Shown here: piece by piece, positions 13,598-26,307 of the stretch | Numbering within the stretch: position 1 is the stretch's first letter | Layout of the letters: every line of letters begins with the position of its first letter | NCBI GenBank assembly: GCA_047495785.1 | Contig: JBLDXI010000001.1 | Coordinates: forward strand, 2,976,001 to 3,040,000 | Direction: 5' to 3' | Length of the DNA stretch: 64,000 nucleotides | DNA from: Lepidodermella squamata | Taxonomy: Eukaryota > Animalia > Gastrotricha | Notes under the pieces: model-generated | Seen by the model: the letters and a program-made list of their open reading frames with translations, nothing else | Database searches by the model: none | What the model was told of the DNA's origin: nothing | Position numbers and translations under genes: made by a program

Positions 13598-14907
13598 ATG
13601 AGAATTCTCGCCCCGATCCTTCTAATTTTGGCTCTGGTTTCTGTGGTTAAATGTCAAGATGGCACTGCAGATATCCCAGCCGGGAATACATGCTCAAGTG
13701 ATTCTGATTGCGAGCAAATTGAAAACGCGATCTGTGACCTGAGAAATGAACAGCCGCGATGTGTTTGCTCTACCGGCTACGTCATGAAATCGACCCGAAA
13801 CAGAAACGGTACACCATTTGTTCGTAGCTGTTCACCCTCAGACAAACCGAGGGTGAATGATTCGTCCAGAAAGAATAACACGGCGAAAAGTGACAGTTCT
13901 ATAGGATCAGCATGCACAACTGCTGCGGACTGTTCAGCGATAAGGAACGGGATGTGTGGTTCAAATAAAGTATGTGCCTGTAAAACGGGCTTTGTCACAT
14001 CTACGCCTACGCAATGCGTCCGAGCTAAGCCTGCTTCATCACCAGTTTGTCAAAATAACCTGTGCCCATTGAATGCTACATGCCGGCTGGATGTTGACAA
14101 GTGTCGAACTCGAGATGCCGTTTGCTTGAACGAGAGGTGCCAATGTCCTGCTGGGAAGAAACACGGCTTCAAAGATGACTGCATTGACAGTTCGATGAAA
14201 TCACTGTACAACCAAACCTGCACGAGTAACAGAGATTGCTACTACGACATGGTTTGCCAGGGGGGAATGTGCCAATGCTCAGTTCCTGGGCTAAAAGCGG
14301 CTGGTAATTTCGACTGTGTGTCACGCATGATCGGGGACGATTGCGACAAAGATGGCGATTGTCGAAATATCAAAAACAGTGTTTGTCTACAGAAGCGCTG
14401 CGGCTGTGGTTCGGGCTATACTCAGATATCAACAACAGAATGCAGAGAAACAAACTGGGCACTTCGAACACTCTCTGAAAATGGTATTTTTTATGGCTTG
14501 TTTCGTCTTTTTTTGAAATACAGCTGTTCAATGTGATACAGCTGTTCAATGTGCCAATGATGCTGAGTGCCAAGGTCCTGATTCGCCTTTACAATCAATC
14601 TGCGGCCCGTCCAAGACTTGCATCTGTCCTCCAAACAGCTCTTTGCAAGCTGGGAGGTGCACTTTCGCACCTGCCAATGATGGTAAGTAGATCTAGGCCT
14701 TCTACTCATCTGGAATCGAAAGTTAAACTTTACTTTTTAGTTACCGGTTGGTCCTGCTCAACTAACAAAGACTGCGGGAAAGATGCGATCTGCACTAAGG
14801 ACAAATGCCAAGCTTCGAATACAAAACTGATAAATGGCTCGTCGGTGTTGATTTTTCCTAATATGATGTTCTTAATTTCAATTTTGCTACTTTGTATTCC
14901 TGAATGA
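13598..14907 (+). CDS. EB-module-like Cys-rich protein, paralog 2 (short form, probable GPI anchor)
   Basis: Exons 13598-14483, 14524(or 14542)-14682, 14741-14907. Signal peptide MRILAPILLILALVSVVKC; shares the GFKDDC..KS..DCYY..GNFDC..IGD core and the last two intron positions with paralog 1. Confidence 0.85.
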
Positions 14908-15563
14908 TGATGATTATTAAAATACTTCAGATAAACGAAGTCCATATTTTCAGCGAAAGGCTTGCCATTTGTTACAGCCATGTTGTAGTAGAATTATCCA
15001 AGCGTATCATCTAGTCTTTATAAATTTCCCATTTCTCATATCCTGTACATTTATTTTCTAAAAGTAGCTGCTTTCATCCTGCTGTTGCGAAGATGAAATC
15101 ACTTTTGAAGTTGAGAGACCTGGATGTTTTTCTAACGAAATTCCTCTTACTGCGAATCTTCAATGGCTAGATGTCCAAGGGCCAGGCCGGTATGCGTAAG
15201 CTTCTTAGAACCCTCCATGAAAAAAACATATTAGGTCAACCTGTTACCACTCCGATAAAATCCTGATTATCCATCAGCGGCGAGCCTTGTGGTATAGTTA
15301 ATACGGAATGATGAAAATTCCTCCGCATGAAGGCCCAGAGCGTAAAAATAAAGCTGCGAGAGGAGAGCATTTCATAAACAATAGCAGAAAAAAATGAAAT
15401 CTTAACAGCTTATGAAACAATCTCTTGAGCGACAAAAAAAGATTATCAATGAGCGAACAAAGAAAACTAGTCATCATTTTCTCGATAGCCGTACGTAGTA
15501 GTATATTGGAAGCAAAAGGCAGGGGTCAGTTTAAACCCCTGGGTTATACTATCACCGCAAAAA

Positions 15564-16857
15564 ATGCGCAGTATTTATGTGATTGCCCTCGCACCTCTAC
15601 TAGTCGCCCTTGTGAACAGCCAGGTAGCAGACGACGACGAAGAAGCCTCCGCCGGTAATTGGTGCGATAGTAACGAAGATTGCAAGAATATCGACAATGC
15701 TGCATGTGACTTGGAAAACGACCCTCCTCGATGTGTTTGCTTCACTGGCTACGTCATGAAATCGACAAGAAACAGAAATGGAGCTCCATTTGTCAGAAGT
15801 TGCGTGACCAAGCCAAAAGTGAACGAAACCACGAGAAGGAACAACACAGATACTACTAAGAAGAACGTCTTGTTAGGTTCATCCTGCACTGCACTGAAGG
15901 ACTGTTCATCAATTCGAAATAGCATCTGCACCGCCAGAGTTTGTGCTTGCTCTGCCGGTTACGAAGCATCTGCACCAGCAAATTGTACCCAATCGAGGCC
16001 ATTAGCTCCAACGCCAACTGGCGGTCTAAACAGTCCATGCCTTGCCGGTTCGAAGTGCAGATCCCGAGATGCTATCTGTACGAACGGAGAGTGCCAGTGC
16101 CCACCGGGCAAGAAACCAGGCCTCAAGGACGATTGCATCGATTTCTCACGAAAATCCCTTTACAACCAAGCATGTGCCAATCAGCTGGATTGTTTTTACA
16201 ACATGACGTGTTCTAAGGGCAAGTGTGGTTGTGATATTGGTTATAGAGCTTCAGGCGATTTCGAATGTGTCCCGCGATACGTTGGCGACGTCTGCGAGTT
16301 CGATCGCGACTGCACTTCCGTTAAAAACGGCATTTGCCTTAGAGGAAAATGCGGTTGTGGCGACGGCTATTGGCCGAGAACAATCTCGGAATGTCAAGAA
16401 TCAATTTGGGCTGAGCGGCGTTTACCATCAGATTCACGTAAATTACAAAAATTAACTGAGGTGTGTTTTTATATTTTGATTCAACAGAAGCGGTGGTACC
16501 CTGTTTCAGTGATGTTGACTGTGGTGGCCTCGATGCGCCTTTACAATCCATTTGCGGCTCTAGTAAGACCTGCGTATGTCCACCAAAAAGTGAGCTCATA
16601 AGCGGGAGATGTGTAGCTTCCCCGGCGAAAGATGGTAAAGCTCTTTTGAGAGTCAAATTTTATGTATTAATATGTAACGTTTTTAAGCTTCCGGATGGGC
16701 TTGCGCAGTCGACAAAGATTGCGGGAATGGATTCGAATGTGCCAAAAACATTTGTCAGGTTTCAACCAAGAAAATTATGTCCAGCGGTTCAAAGCTAACA
16801 ATTCAAAATCTGGTGGTCATTCCGCCTACTCTTTATGCGATATTTCTCAGCCTGTGA
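15564..16857 (+). CDS. EB-module-like Cys-rich protein, paralog 3 (closest to paralog 2)
   Basis: Exons 15564-16437, 16488/16491-16634, 16688-16857. Shares TGYVMKSTRNRNG.PFVRSC with paralog 2; last exon GWACAVDKDC...LVVIPPTLYAIFLSL*. Confidence 0.85.
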
Positions 16858-17177
16858 GTTAGGATGAAAAATAAGCCTGGATATTTTTAGGAATAGTTGA
16901 GATGTTGCGACGGATTGTTGCTATTCTTTTCCCTACATTTTAGAGTTGCGATTGTAATAAATCAGTTGTAAAGTTTTCACGTTTCAGTCTTTTGTCCCCT
17001 GCTTTTTTTGGTAACAAGATAATGCTGTTATTTCATAGCCTTATCAATTTAGCGTGCCGGCAATGATAAGAGCAATTCTTGGAATTGATGGCTACCGCCT
17101 ACTTTTGGCTGAGGTGATAGTGAATAGTAAGTTTGAACGGTGCACTTTTAACACTTCAATGATAATTTCACGTTAAA

Positions 17178-20100
17178 ATGGCTTCATCAGAGTTCAAATT
17201 TCGTTTTAGACATCTATACACGCATCATTCAGGTATGAAATAGCCTTGAAATTTGTAAGTTAGGTAAAAGGGTTTCCATTAACAGCGACTTCAAGTCCGC
17301 TTTCAGCAGAGGAGACTGTTAGTTCCCTACTTGCAAATCCACAAGCTGTCAATGCCAATACTCCCTGTGAAATAGTGGTATCAGAGAAAAACGGGCGTCT
17401 CGAAGTCTACGCGCATTCGCCACCTGAGTCACTTATCGAGGCATTTGAATTCACCCATATTAGTGAGGTGAAATGCCTTAGAACAGATCATTCGAACCCA
17501 TTGCTGATTGACATCTTGGCTATCACGGTCAAAGAAGATACCCACCTATTTTCACCGAGATCGGGGGTTCAGGCAGCTGAAGTTGCTGCTAAATTGAATG
17601 AAGTCATTAAGCAATCGGTTTCTCTGAATCCTCGGAAGTCTGATTACACGAGATTATACGCATCGAGAAGGAGCAGTACTATGGCTGGAAGTAAACCTCT
17701 AAAAATCAAACTCGAGGTTCCAATCGAAACAGAAACGCTGAATAAATGCCTTGAGGAAGTCGAATGGTTTTGCAATCAACTCATGCCTGTGGTAAGTTTC
17801 TCAGTGTTCAGCACGCCATATTCGTAACATGTTTTTAATCAGCATATCCAGGAGGTAAACAACATTGCCACTTTAAATCAGCAATTGCGAGACCTGGAAT
17901 CTAAACTTGGCTCGAAAAGTTCATCGACTCGTAAGAAAGCCGAGACTGAAAAGCTGCAAATACAAGCCCAGCTCGGTCAACTTCAGACGGCAACCAAATC
18001 AACAGCCGAAGCTTACGTCAATATTGTTCAAAAAATCAGGCTCGCGTATTTCCTAACTGCTAGATTGAAAGCACAGCTGAGCGCTCAACAGCCACCCTCA
18101 TACGAGCCAATTCTGCAGTCGATAACAGCGAGATTTCTGGCTATAGCGAAGTTCACTGAAGCTAGATTTCCTTTCCAGGGTAGCCTGGTCAATGCTATTA
18201 AGATTCCAATGTTCAATCGAGATGTTCTTACCGCTCTTTCTGAACATTTCTTTCAAATGGACCTGGCTACTAAAGGCTTCTGGGAATCGCTTGGTCCAAA
18301 CTGGAAGGTAGCTATGTAAGGATTCCTCAACAATAATTTTCCTACTAATTTATAGCTTTTGTAATGCAGAGAAGATTGGACGGGTGACATCGATTTCTAT
18401 CAGCCAACATTCCGCCAAAATCCATCCCAGCCCATTTTACTCCGATTTTTGGACCCTGAAGTTATCAAGGCCTGGTTGGTAGCAGTTCGCGACAGAGAGA
18501 AGGCGGCGTTGGCAGCAGAAAGGATGAACTCGATGGTTCAAGATAGCTTCAAACAAGAGCTCATTTCCGATAAAAGAACTGTCTGTGTAATCACCTCACT
18601 CGAAGGCATCGACCCATCGCAAGATTTGGCTGTAGAGATGGGCGAGATCCTAGAGTACTGCGCTTTGCTGAAGGGCGGCATTGTTCGAGTGAGAAACGCT
18701 ATCGGAGAGGTCGGGACACTTCCTCAGGAGGTTGTAACCAAACTAGAGGAACAGAGACAGTCCACGTCTATACCAAAGGAAGTGGAAAGCATTGACGAAG
18801 CCAAGGAAGACACGTTTGTAAGGCAATTGAAAAAAGAGAACAAACGGATTGCCATCGTGTTGAAAGAATCGAGCAATGCGGATGGCTTTCACGTTCTGCC
18901 TGGGCAAGCTGTTCATATCATCGAACAAGGGGAGTCGGATAGCACGGTAGTAAATGCTGATGGAAAAGCAGGGGTCATACCAAATCGATCCTTCTTCTCG
19001 CAACCAATGATAAAAGACACGTTTGATCTACTGCGAGACGACAGCTCAGGTTCGCCATCCAAAGGATCGGGGGTTCAGTCAAAGGCAAGGTAATTCATTG
19101 GCATGATAAGTAAAACAAATAGCAAATTTTCCGTTCACAGGAGTAGCCGACTTGCAGATTTTCAAACAATTTTCAAACAAGAACTTGAAGAAGCCCGTAA
19201 GGTTGTAGCAGTAGCTCTGACAAAATTTAAAGACGAGGCTGCTGGATTCGAAATCGAGAAAGGAGAAGTTCTGGAGCTCACGGAAGATTTTCGAGACGGA
19301 AACATCCGAGTCGTCAACTACGACAGGGTTTCTGGGATTATTCCCAAATCGAAGGTAGTCATTTCAAAGCCTAAATCTTCAAACAGCGTAACAGCGGAAG
19401 CGTCGTCGGTAAAAGAATCAGAAGAGCGTTCTATTTCCAGGTAAGACTCTATGGAATTTACCAGTGCAACTTTACTTTTGCTTCAGCCAAAGGAGTTCGA
19501 CTTATGCAGAACCAGCGTCAAAACTTCTGGATTCATTGCAGAATGCTTTCAAGACAAAACTAGAGAGGGAAGGCAAGTACATCGGGGTAGCGATCAATTC
19601 AACCTGGGATGAAAAACGAGTCATGTTTATCGAACGTGGTGAGATTTTGGATGTGGTCGATGAATACGAAGATGGAATGGCTTTGGTAGCGAACTGCGAG
19701 GGCAAACAGGGGGTGGTCGAGGCGGCAAAGCTTATCATCACACCTCCTCCTCAAAAACCTGCTGCAGCTCCTTCGCCGGATGACAAGAAGGAACTCGAGA
19801 GTGTTATCAAGAAGTTAAGTGGGAAAATGGAGGCGATGCAAGCTGCTAACGAAGCTAAAGCCAAGGCGATGGCTATTGCTGAAGAAGCTGCGCGAAACAG
19901 GCGGCGACTTGAGTTGGAAAATCAGCAGCTTCAAGCCGCATTACGCGAGCAGCAGGAAGTTGCAAGAGCCCAGGAAGAGCTGCGGAAGTTACAAGAAGAA
20001 AATGAGAAGAAAGAGAGACGACTGAAACGAGCTGAATCGAAGAAGATTGTCAAACCAGCCCCTGCCCCAGCCCCACAAATATCGTCTCGAAAGGCACCGG

Positions 20101-21711
20101 GCGTTCAGGATGCTTACAAAGCTAAGTTGGAAGCTAAAGGAGCTAGATTTTGCGTCGCTAAATCTGCGCAACAAGATGGCAATGGATTCTCGGTGGAGGA
20201 AGGAGAGTTTCTTGAGGTTAAGCTCGATATCGGCGAATACTTACGTGTTCAAAATGTTGATGGTGGCATCGGCAATGTAGCTAGTAAAGAGGTTACTGAG
20301 ATCAGCCCAGGTCGTAGGGTTTCCAGGGTTGAAAAGCGAACCTCCACTGCTGAACAGCCAAAATCTGTCCAGTTCTCCGGGCAATCCAGCGATCCAGACA
20401 ACGCAACTGTCGAAATATCAAACAGAGCTACCCCGTCTGATCTAGACAATCCGACGGTGGAGATTGCTCAAAGAGCCAAGTTGGCGAATCGTTACCCGGC
20501 TGGTTCGAGGCGCTTCAAAGACTACCAAGACCATGAAGTGTTAGGAAGCGGATCTTACGGCGTTGTGATTCTATCAACCAGAAAATCTGACCGGCAACTC
20601 ATGGCTATCAAAGAAGTTGCCTTCAAATATGGGGATAATGACAAGACGCGGCAAGAAGCTGTAATCCTTCAGAAATGCTCCCATCCTAACATTGTCAAGT
20701 TTCTAGGGACATTTGAAGGTTCGTAGGACACATTTTGGTCAAAATACAATACAACTACAGTTTTCCTGTGTAGAGAACAACTACCTTTTCATTGAAATCG
20801 AGTACTGTGCAAACGGTGGGTCCTTTAATGGTATCAGGTTATTCAAAAGTAAATTCCCTTAATAAAGGTGCTCTTTCCAAGTTGATTGTCGAAAAGGCCA
20901 AAAACAATAATCCCTTCGACACTCAAGAGGTACTGTCATTAAAAGGTTCAAGCTTTCTGATACGCTGCTAATGCTTTCCTTTTACAGATCAGTAAATGGA
21001 CCAATCAATTAGCAAATGCACTGAGCTATTTACACTCTAAGAAAATCATACACAGAGACGTCAAGGCGGAAGTAGGAAATTGCATCATATTAGGATACGT
21101 TAGGATACCCTTTAAACTTTTCAGAACATTTTTGTTACTAATCAGTCCGATGTGAAGTTGGGCGACCTGGGAGCAGCAACTGACTTGAATGGGTATGTAA
21201 ATGCTTCAACCTTCGATAATTCGATCATCATATTCCCCCTTTCCTCAGAACGATTCAGATGCTAAAGGCGAGAACATTTATTGGCTCTGTTCCAAATATG
21301 GCGCCCGAGCTGCTGAGGGGCGATCCTTACGACGAGAAAATCGACATTTGGGCTCTTGGCGTTGTCATCTTTCAGCTTGCAAGCTTTAGCCAACCTGTGA
21401 GTGTTCTGAACTCGAGAAAATTCGATCCAAATTTTGCAATTTTTTCACAGTTTGGGACCGATTTCATTCAAATTCACAATAACATCTTTGTAGCGTTCGT
21501 TTTACTTTTGATTTTTTTGTTAAATTGTTTAAATATTTCACTTTCCGAAAATAGGAAGAAGAAGCCACTGTTACCTAAAGCTTACCAGAACGATAAAGCT
21601 CTAGTGAACCTGGTTGAGGCTTGCTTGAGCTTCGAAGCTAAATCGAGACCGCCCGCCAGCCTTATTCTTCAACACGCCTTTGTCAAAACCGGAGAAACAA
21701 CGGACTTGTAA
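17178..21711 (+). CDS. EPS8-like PTB/core + five SH3-like repeats + coiled coil + NEK-like Ser/Thr kinase (~1296 aa, 13 exons)
   Basis: Exons 17178-17232, 17286-17791, 17843-18315, 18370-19089, 19141-19440, 19487-20718, 20774-20815, 20868-20929, 20988-21071, 21125-21192, 21249-21396, 21451-21494, 21555-21711 sum to 3891 nt in one frame. EPS8-core-like motifs: ETLNKCLEEVEWF, VQKIRLAYFLTARLK, FWESLGPNW..EDW..FYQPTF. Kinase motifs: GSGSYG, AIKE, HRDVKAEN, KLGDLG, APE, DIWALG. Confidence 0.8.
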
Positions 21712-22344
21712 AAAAAATAATTTGACTTGATAGAACGTGAAGATGAGCAAATATGATTCGATTCAGTATAATTCTGAGGTAATAAAAATCTAATATTTCC
21801 GTACCTGAATATCCGTGTTAGAAAATTGTCCTTATTAATGGAAGTAACGAACAGGCGGATATAATTTTCAAGTGCCGTCGAGCGAACTTCCTATTAAGCT
21901 ATTATAATAATATGGTCCAATAAGCCAGAAAAATGCACAGCTTTTTTGTTACCGACTTTCTCGCTATTTTTTAGATTAGGTAGGTAGGGCATGCAGAAAA
22001 AATGTCACTTTCTCACGACCTTTTCCACCTTTTTATCTATCGTAATTAAAAACGCGCAATATTTGCTATTACGCCATTTTATGGACACCCTATATTGCAG
22101 GTATAAAACTGGGCAAAAATTATACACGGTAGTTTGTTTTTAGCTTTAGTGTTGTAATTATTCAGTTAGGTGTAATAAACTGATGCGCATTATTTCCGCA
22201 TTCTGTTTAAAAATAGATCGCCAAATGAGTGCAAATTCTCACACCCGATCATCAACACAATATACTTCACAGCTTATTATTTATAATTTATAGGAATTTT
22301 CAACGGCTTGAAATACATTTTTATTGCTGCATTTTGTTAACATT

Positions 22345-25300
22345 ATGTCTGAGATTTGTGAATCAACAGGCGGCGTGAAGAGCGATTCGGCGCCTATTAG
22401 GAGGCCATCCGAGTTGCGCCAAATTTTGGATGAGAACGAAGAACTGAAGCGCCGCATCGAGCAGCTCAAAATCAGAGTTATGAACAGCAATGTGGCATCT
22501 ACTGCCACACCGGCAACCGGCGAAGTGAGGTGTGTTTCAACTTTCTGTCCCAACCTCACCAAAGCATGCACCGTATTTGTTCCTATAGCCGGGCTACTAA
22601 CCTCCACCTCGGAAATTTTGAAAAATTTCGGTGTATCGTTCATTTTTCATGTTTTTGAACCGGCCTAACCCCTCAAACCTGGGCTAATATAAGGAATGGG
22701 CGATTATTAGTGACTTGCTGCTATTGGAACAATCTGGTACATTCGAATTCGAATTTCAATTATTTTTCGGATGATTTCTCATACAGTAGGTATATTATAG
22801 GTAGGTTGGACAACTTTTCGCGCACAAATCCACTTTTACCCTTCGATTGCGCTACAAGCGCTTATATGTGGGCACGATGGGCCCGGAATTGAGTCTCTTT
22901 TAATGTTTGTTTTGGGATCTCAAGGCTTCTCTTTGCGTTTCGTGTATTCGAGTTCCCTAATCAGCATTTTTTACTGGCTGATTACTGATTATTTTTTATT
23001 TTCTCCGAAACGGAGTTTATTGCAAACTCAAGTTACCGGTAAAAAAATCATTAGTTTTTTCCTTTTTCCTAAGGTTGATGAACCCCTGATATTTATTCGA
23101 ATTTATCCGAACTAATCGGCAAGTGTCTAGGTAACCAAGATGGCATACATCCCTGAGATTCTACGTAATTTGGCCCTAAATACTTGTCCCTGACCTTTCT
23201 AAGTGCCAAGAGTAGAAATTATATCCAATCAGAATGGCTGAAAATGACCTCATTAGTGAGCTTCAATATTGTCCCTGCCACTAACCCGACATTTATTTTT
23301 CGAACGAACTCTAACCTTTATTTGTGGCTGACAATTTTGTCGGCATTACGTTACATTATATGGAGGAAAATGCCGCATGAGTCATGAAGACGAGTCGGTC
23401 AGAATTAAATGATACATTTTTTTGTGTTCTCAGTACTTTTTATTTCGTCAAAATCCCATCAGCAGTGTGCGACTTTCAGAGGGGGATGGGGGGGGATCAT
23501 CCCCCCCAGCTCGGCCGGGCCAGACAACAAAATGAGAATTTATCCCACTGTTTTGTTAATTTTGGAAGGTTCTGGGGCGTGTTTTAGTGGAAAATCTCCA
23601 AAATGTTCTCGCTTCGCTCGGTTAAAAGCCCAAATGACTCTTCATTTTGGGAAATACAGCAAAAATTTTTTTCCATCCCTGGGAGCTCGGGGATCGAAGA
23701 TCGCACCCTGCCCATCAGGTTAAATTTGAAATCTCATTGACTGACTCAAAACGCGCCATTTATTTTTCCCAAGATCACACTTTTTATTGTCTTTGCGCGT
23801 CTTCAGCCTATTCCGGTTTTGAGGGAGCCGGTCATGTTGACGGTCCCGCATACGATAATTCAGTTCATTAGATCTACATGCCATATCGCGCAAATAGCGA
23901 AAAGCTATTTTTTATTGTTCGCTCAATTTTTTGTTAAAAATTCCTTCCACTTTGATGATCCTCAAAGCGAAAAAAAAAGTAAAAAATCGCATATGACGCT
24001 TGTTTTAGTCGGGTAGCCGCCAGCGTGATCATCGCCGTTCGTGACCGATTCTGCGAAAAAATTACCGACTTGCCCAAATTACCTGGAATCGCTAATGCAT
24101 CCGGTCTTGCCATGGCGGTTCTAGCCAGAAAAAATGATGCACGTCCTGATATAAATCATAAGGAAAAACGTCTCTCAGCCTAACGTCCCTGGGGAGTAAA
24201 CTTTCAACTATGCGTTTTATTCGGTCAGCAGGAAAAAAACGAGACTTTGAGTGCCCAGTCATTACTGTAATTTGGCTGATTGCTTCGAACTCGCGCATGC
24301 TTGACATGATATTGTCACATGATAAAAACGACCTCATTTCGACCCACCTTTGTACTCGCGCTATAAAATCAGCCAATTTCGAAGCGGATATTTCATTTTA
24401 TTAGTTTTTGAAGTTTGAAAAATAAATCTAAGTTGATTTTTTTCGAAAATGATTTACCCACGGCTGCCGAAATTAGTCGAAGATCGCCTGTTGATCATAA
24501 GGTAACGCTATATGACATATTCAATCATAAAATGTTTTATTAAAAAAGTTGGCCAAATTTCCTGTTGTCATTTATATAACAACCGGCATTTTGTCAAGAT
24601 ATATTTGCGCAGCGCCCGGCAGTCTATTTTTCGTAAACAAAATCGGTCCCACATGACTTGTACATATTGGCGAGATTTACGAGCATATTAAAAATATTTT
24701 TACGAGATATATATATGAGAAAAAGGAAGCAATTTGAATTTGTATATCCAGCACTTCCTTTTATTTTATGCTATTATCATCAATATATAGCGATATAATA
24801 TGTCACGAAGCTTCAGCAGTAAATATTGAAAAATTACTATCCCATTAGGGGAGGCACAGAGCGATCGATTTGCGAAATCTCGCGTGTCTCGCTCCATTTT
24901 TTTCAAACAAAAAGGACGCCGAAAACGCTCTATGAGTTTTCACGTGACAAAAATAGAAAGAGCCGAATTTTTTACTGCGATTTATTTAGATTCCTTCCAC
25001 AGTCATGATCCTATAAAGAAAGTGATCGAACGTCTATAATTTTAGCATTTTAAGCTTGAAAGGTACTTGAGTTTTACCGCATTGTTATTTCGTTTTTCCG
25101 GTTAATTTTTTGCTAATATGCGCTATAAGGCGCAAAAGAAGTTCCCGCGGTTTGAAAACTCATGAACCGTGAAACTTCAAAACATGATTTCATTTCCGCT
25201 CTTTATTGCATCATACGTATAGCAGTTGAATATATTAATGAGGGTATTTAAATAGGCTCCAATTACCGTTATTTTTTGAACTATTGGACAATAGGAAGCT

Positions 25301-26148
25301 CGGCCATTTCTCGGGGAATGTACCATTTCTTCATATTTTCACATTTTTTCGGTCCTAATCTCACCAGAAACCAATTTAGAAGGTCGAACCAGTTTTCAGA
25401 ATTTAGAGATAATTTGCCCTGATGAATCATGCAATTTTCAAAATTCGATTTTCTTAAGTTTTGAAATTTTCAGGCCTCGGAATTTTTCTTAATTTTTTCA
25501 ATTTTTTATTTTAGGCGTTCGAGTATGCAACATTACGAGAAAAGTTCGAACAGCAAGCTCCGCCCATCGAAATACAGCCACCGAGCGAGCATCGGAACTA
25601 CTCACCCTGTCAGCTCAAATGAATATCCGGCGAATAGCTCGGCTCGAAGGTCCCTCAACAGTGCTGATATCAGCCCGAAAGTGTTGTCGAAAGCTCTTCA
25701 CGTCACAACAATCCTAGCCTCGCAATCCCTGCAATCACCCCCACCCGCCCCGCCGCCGACCCCGTCGCCGTTCTCGCAACTCGACCTATTCGCACAGCAG
25801 TCATTCAAACGGCAGCTTCAAATCGACGGCAAGCGATTTTGCTCCGTTACAAATGCGTTATATGCACATCGCAACATAGCCTCCTCGGAATTATCTGTCT
25901 GCCAGGGTGAGATATTGGAAATCAGTGCTGATTTAGGCAACGGCATGTGGCGAGTTCGAAATGCTGACGGTGATACGGGCGATATTAACAGTGCCGCGTT
26001 GACTGAGTTGACGCCTCGGCGGAGCTCGCAAACCGACTCGCCGAAATGGACTACGAAATCTCACTTTAACGGTGGAATTAGGCCTAAAATGACGAATATT
26101 CCAACGGAATTCGACCAATTAAAGTTAAGGGTTGCTCCTAAAAATTGA
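22345..26148 (+). CDS. Putative two-exon coiled-coil + Pro-rich + EPS8-type SH3 protein without kinase
   Basis: Exon 22345-22529 (ELRQILDENEELKRRIEQLK) joins in phase 2 to 25515-26148, which encodes PPPAPPPTP and QQSFKRQLQIDGKRFCSVT..ELSVCQGEILEI..WRVRNADGDTGDI. The SH3 exon is well supported; the join across a 3-kb intron is inferred. Confidence 0.6.
23463..23710. mobile_element. hAT-type MITE (248 bp) with perfect 8-bp TSD
   Basis: TIRs CAGTGTGCGA / TCGCACCCTG (9/10); TSD CCCATCAG at 23455-23462 and 23711-23718; internal GGGGGGGATCATCCCCCCC hairpin. Confidence 0.85.
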
Positions 26149-26307
26149 ATTGAGTTTTGCCTCCCAGAAAAATTTATATTGGAAAAAATCAAAGTGCTAT
26201 GGATTGTCCTATAGGTAGCGCAACCGATGCGAGAAAGGGATCAGAAATCAGCCGTGACGTCACGGGCAAAGAAAATTGGCAAATTAAAATGGTGGTCTTA
26301 AGATGAA

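Noticed and set aside
24092-24376. 94-aa minus-strand ORF inside the putative intron
   Set aside because: TTG start, no recognisable motif and no convincing splice partners.
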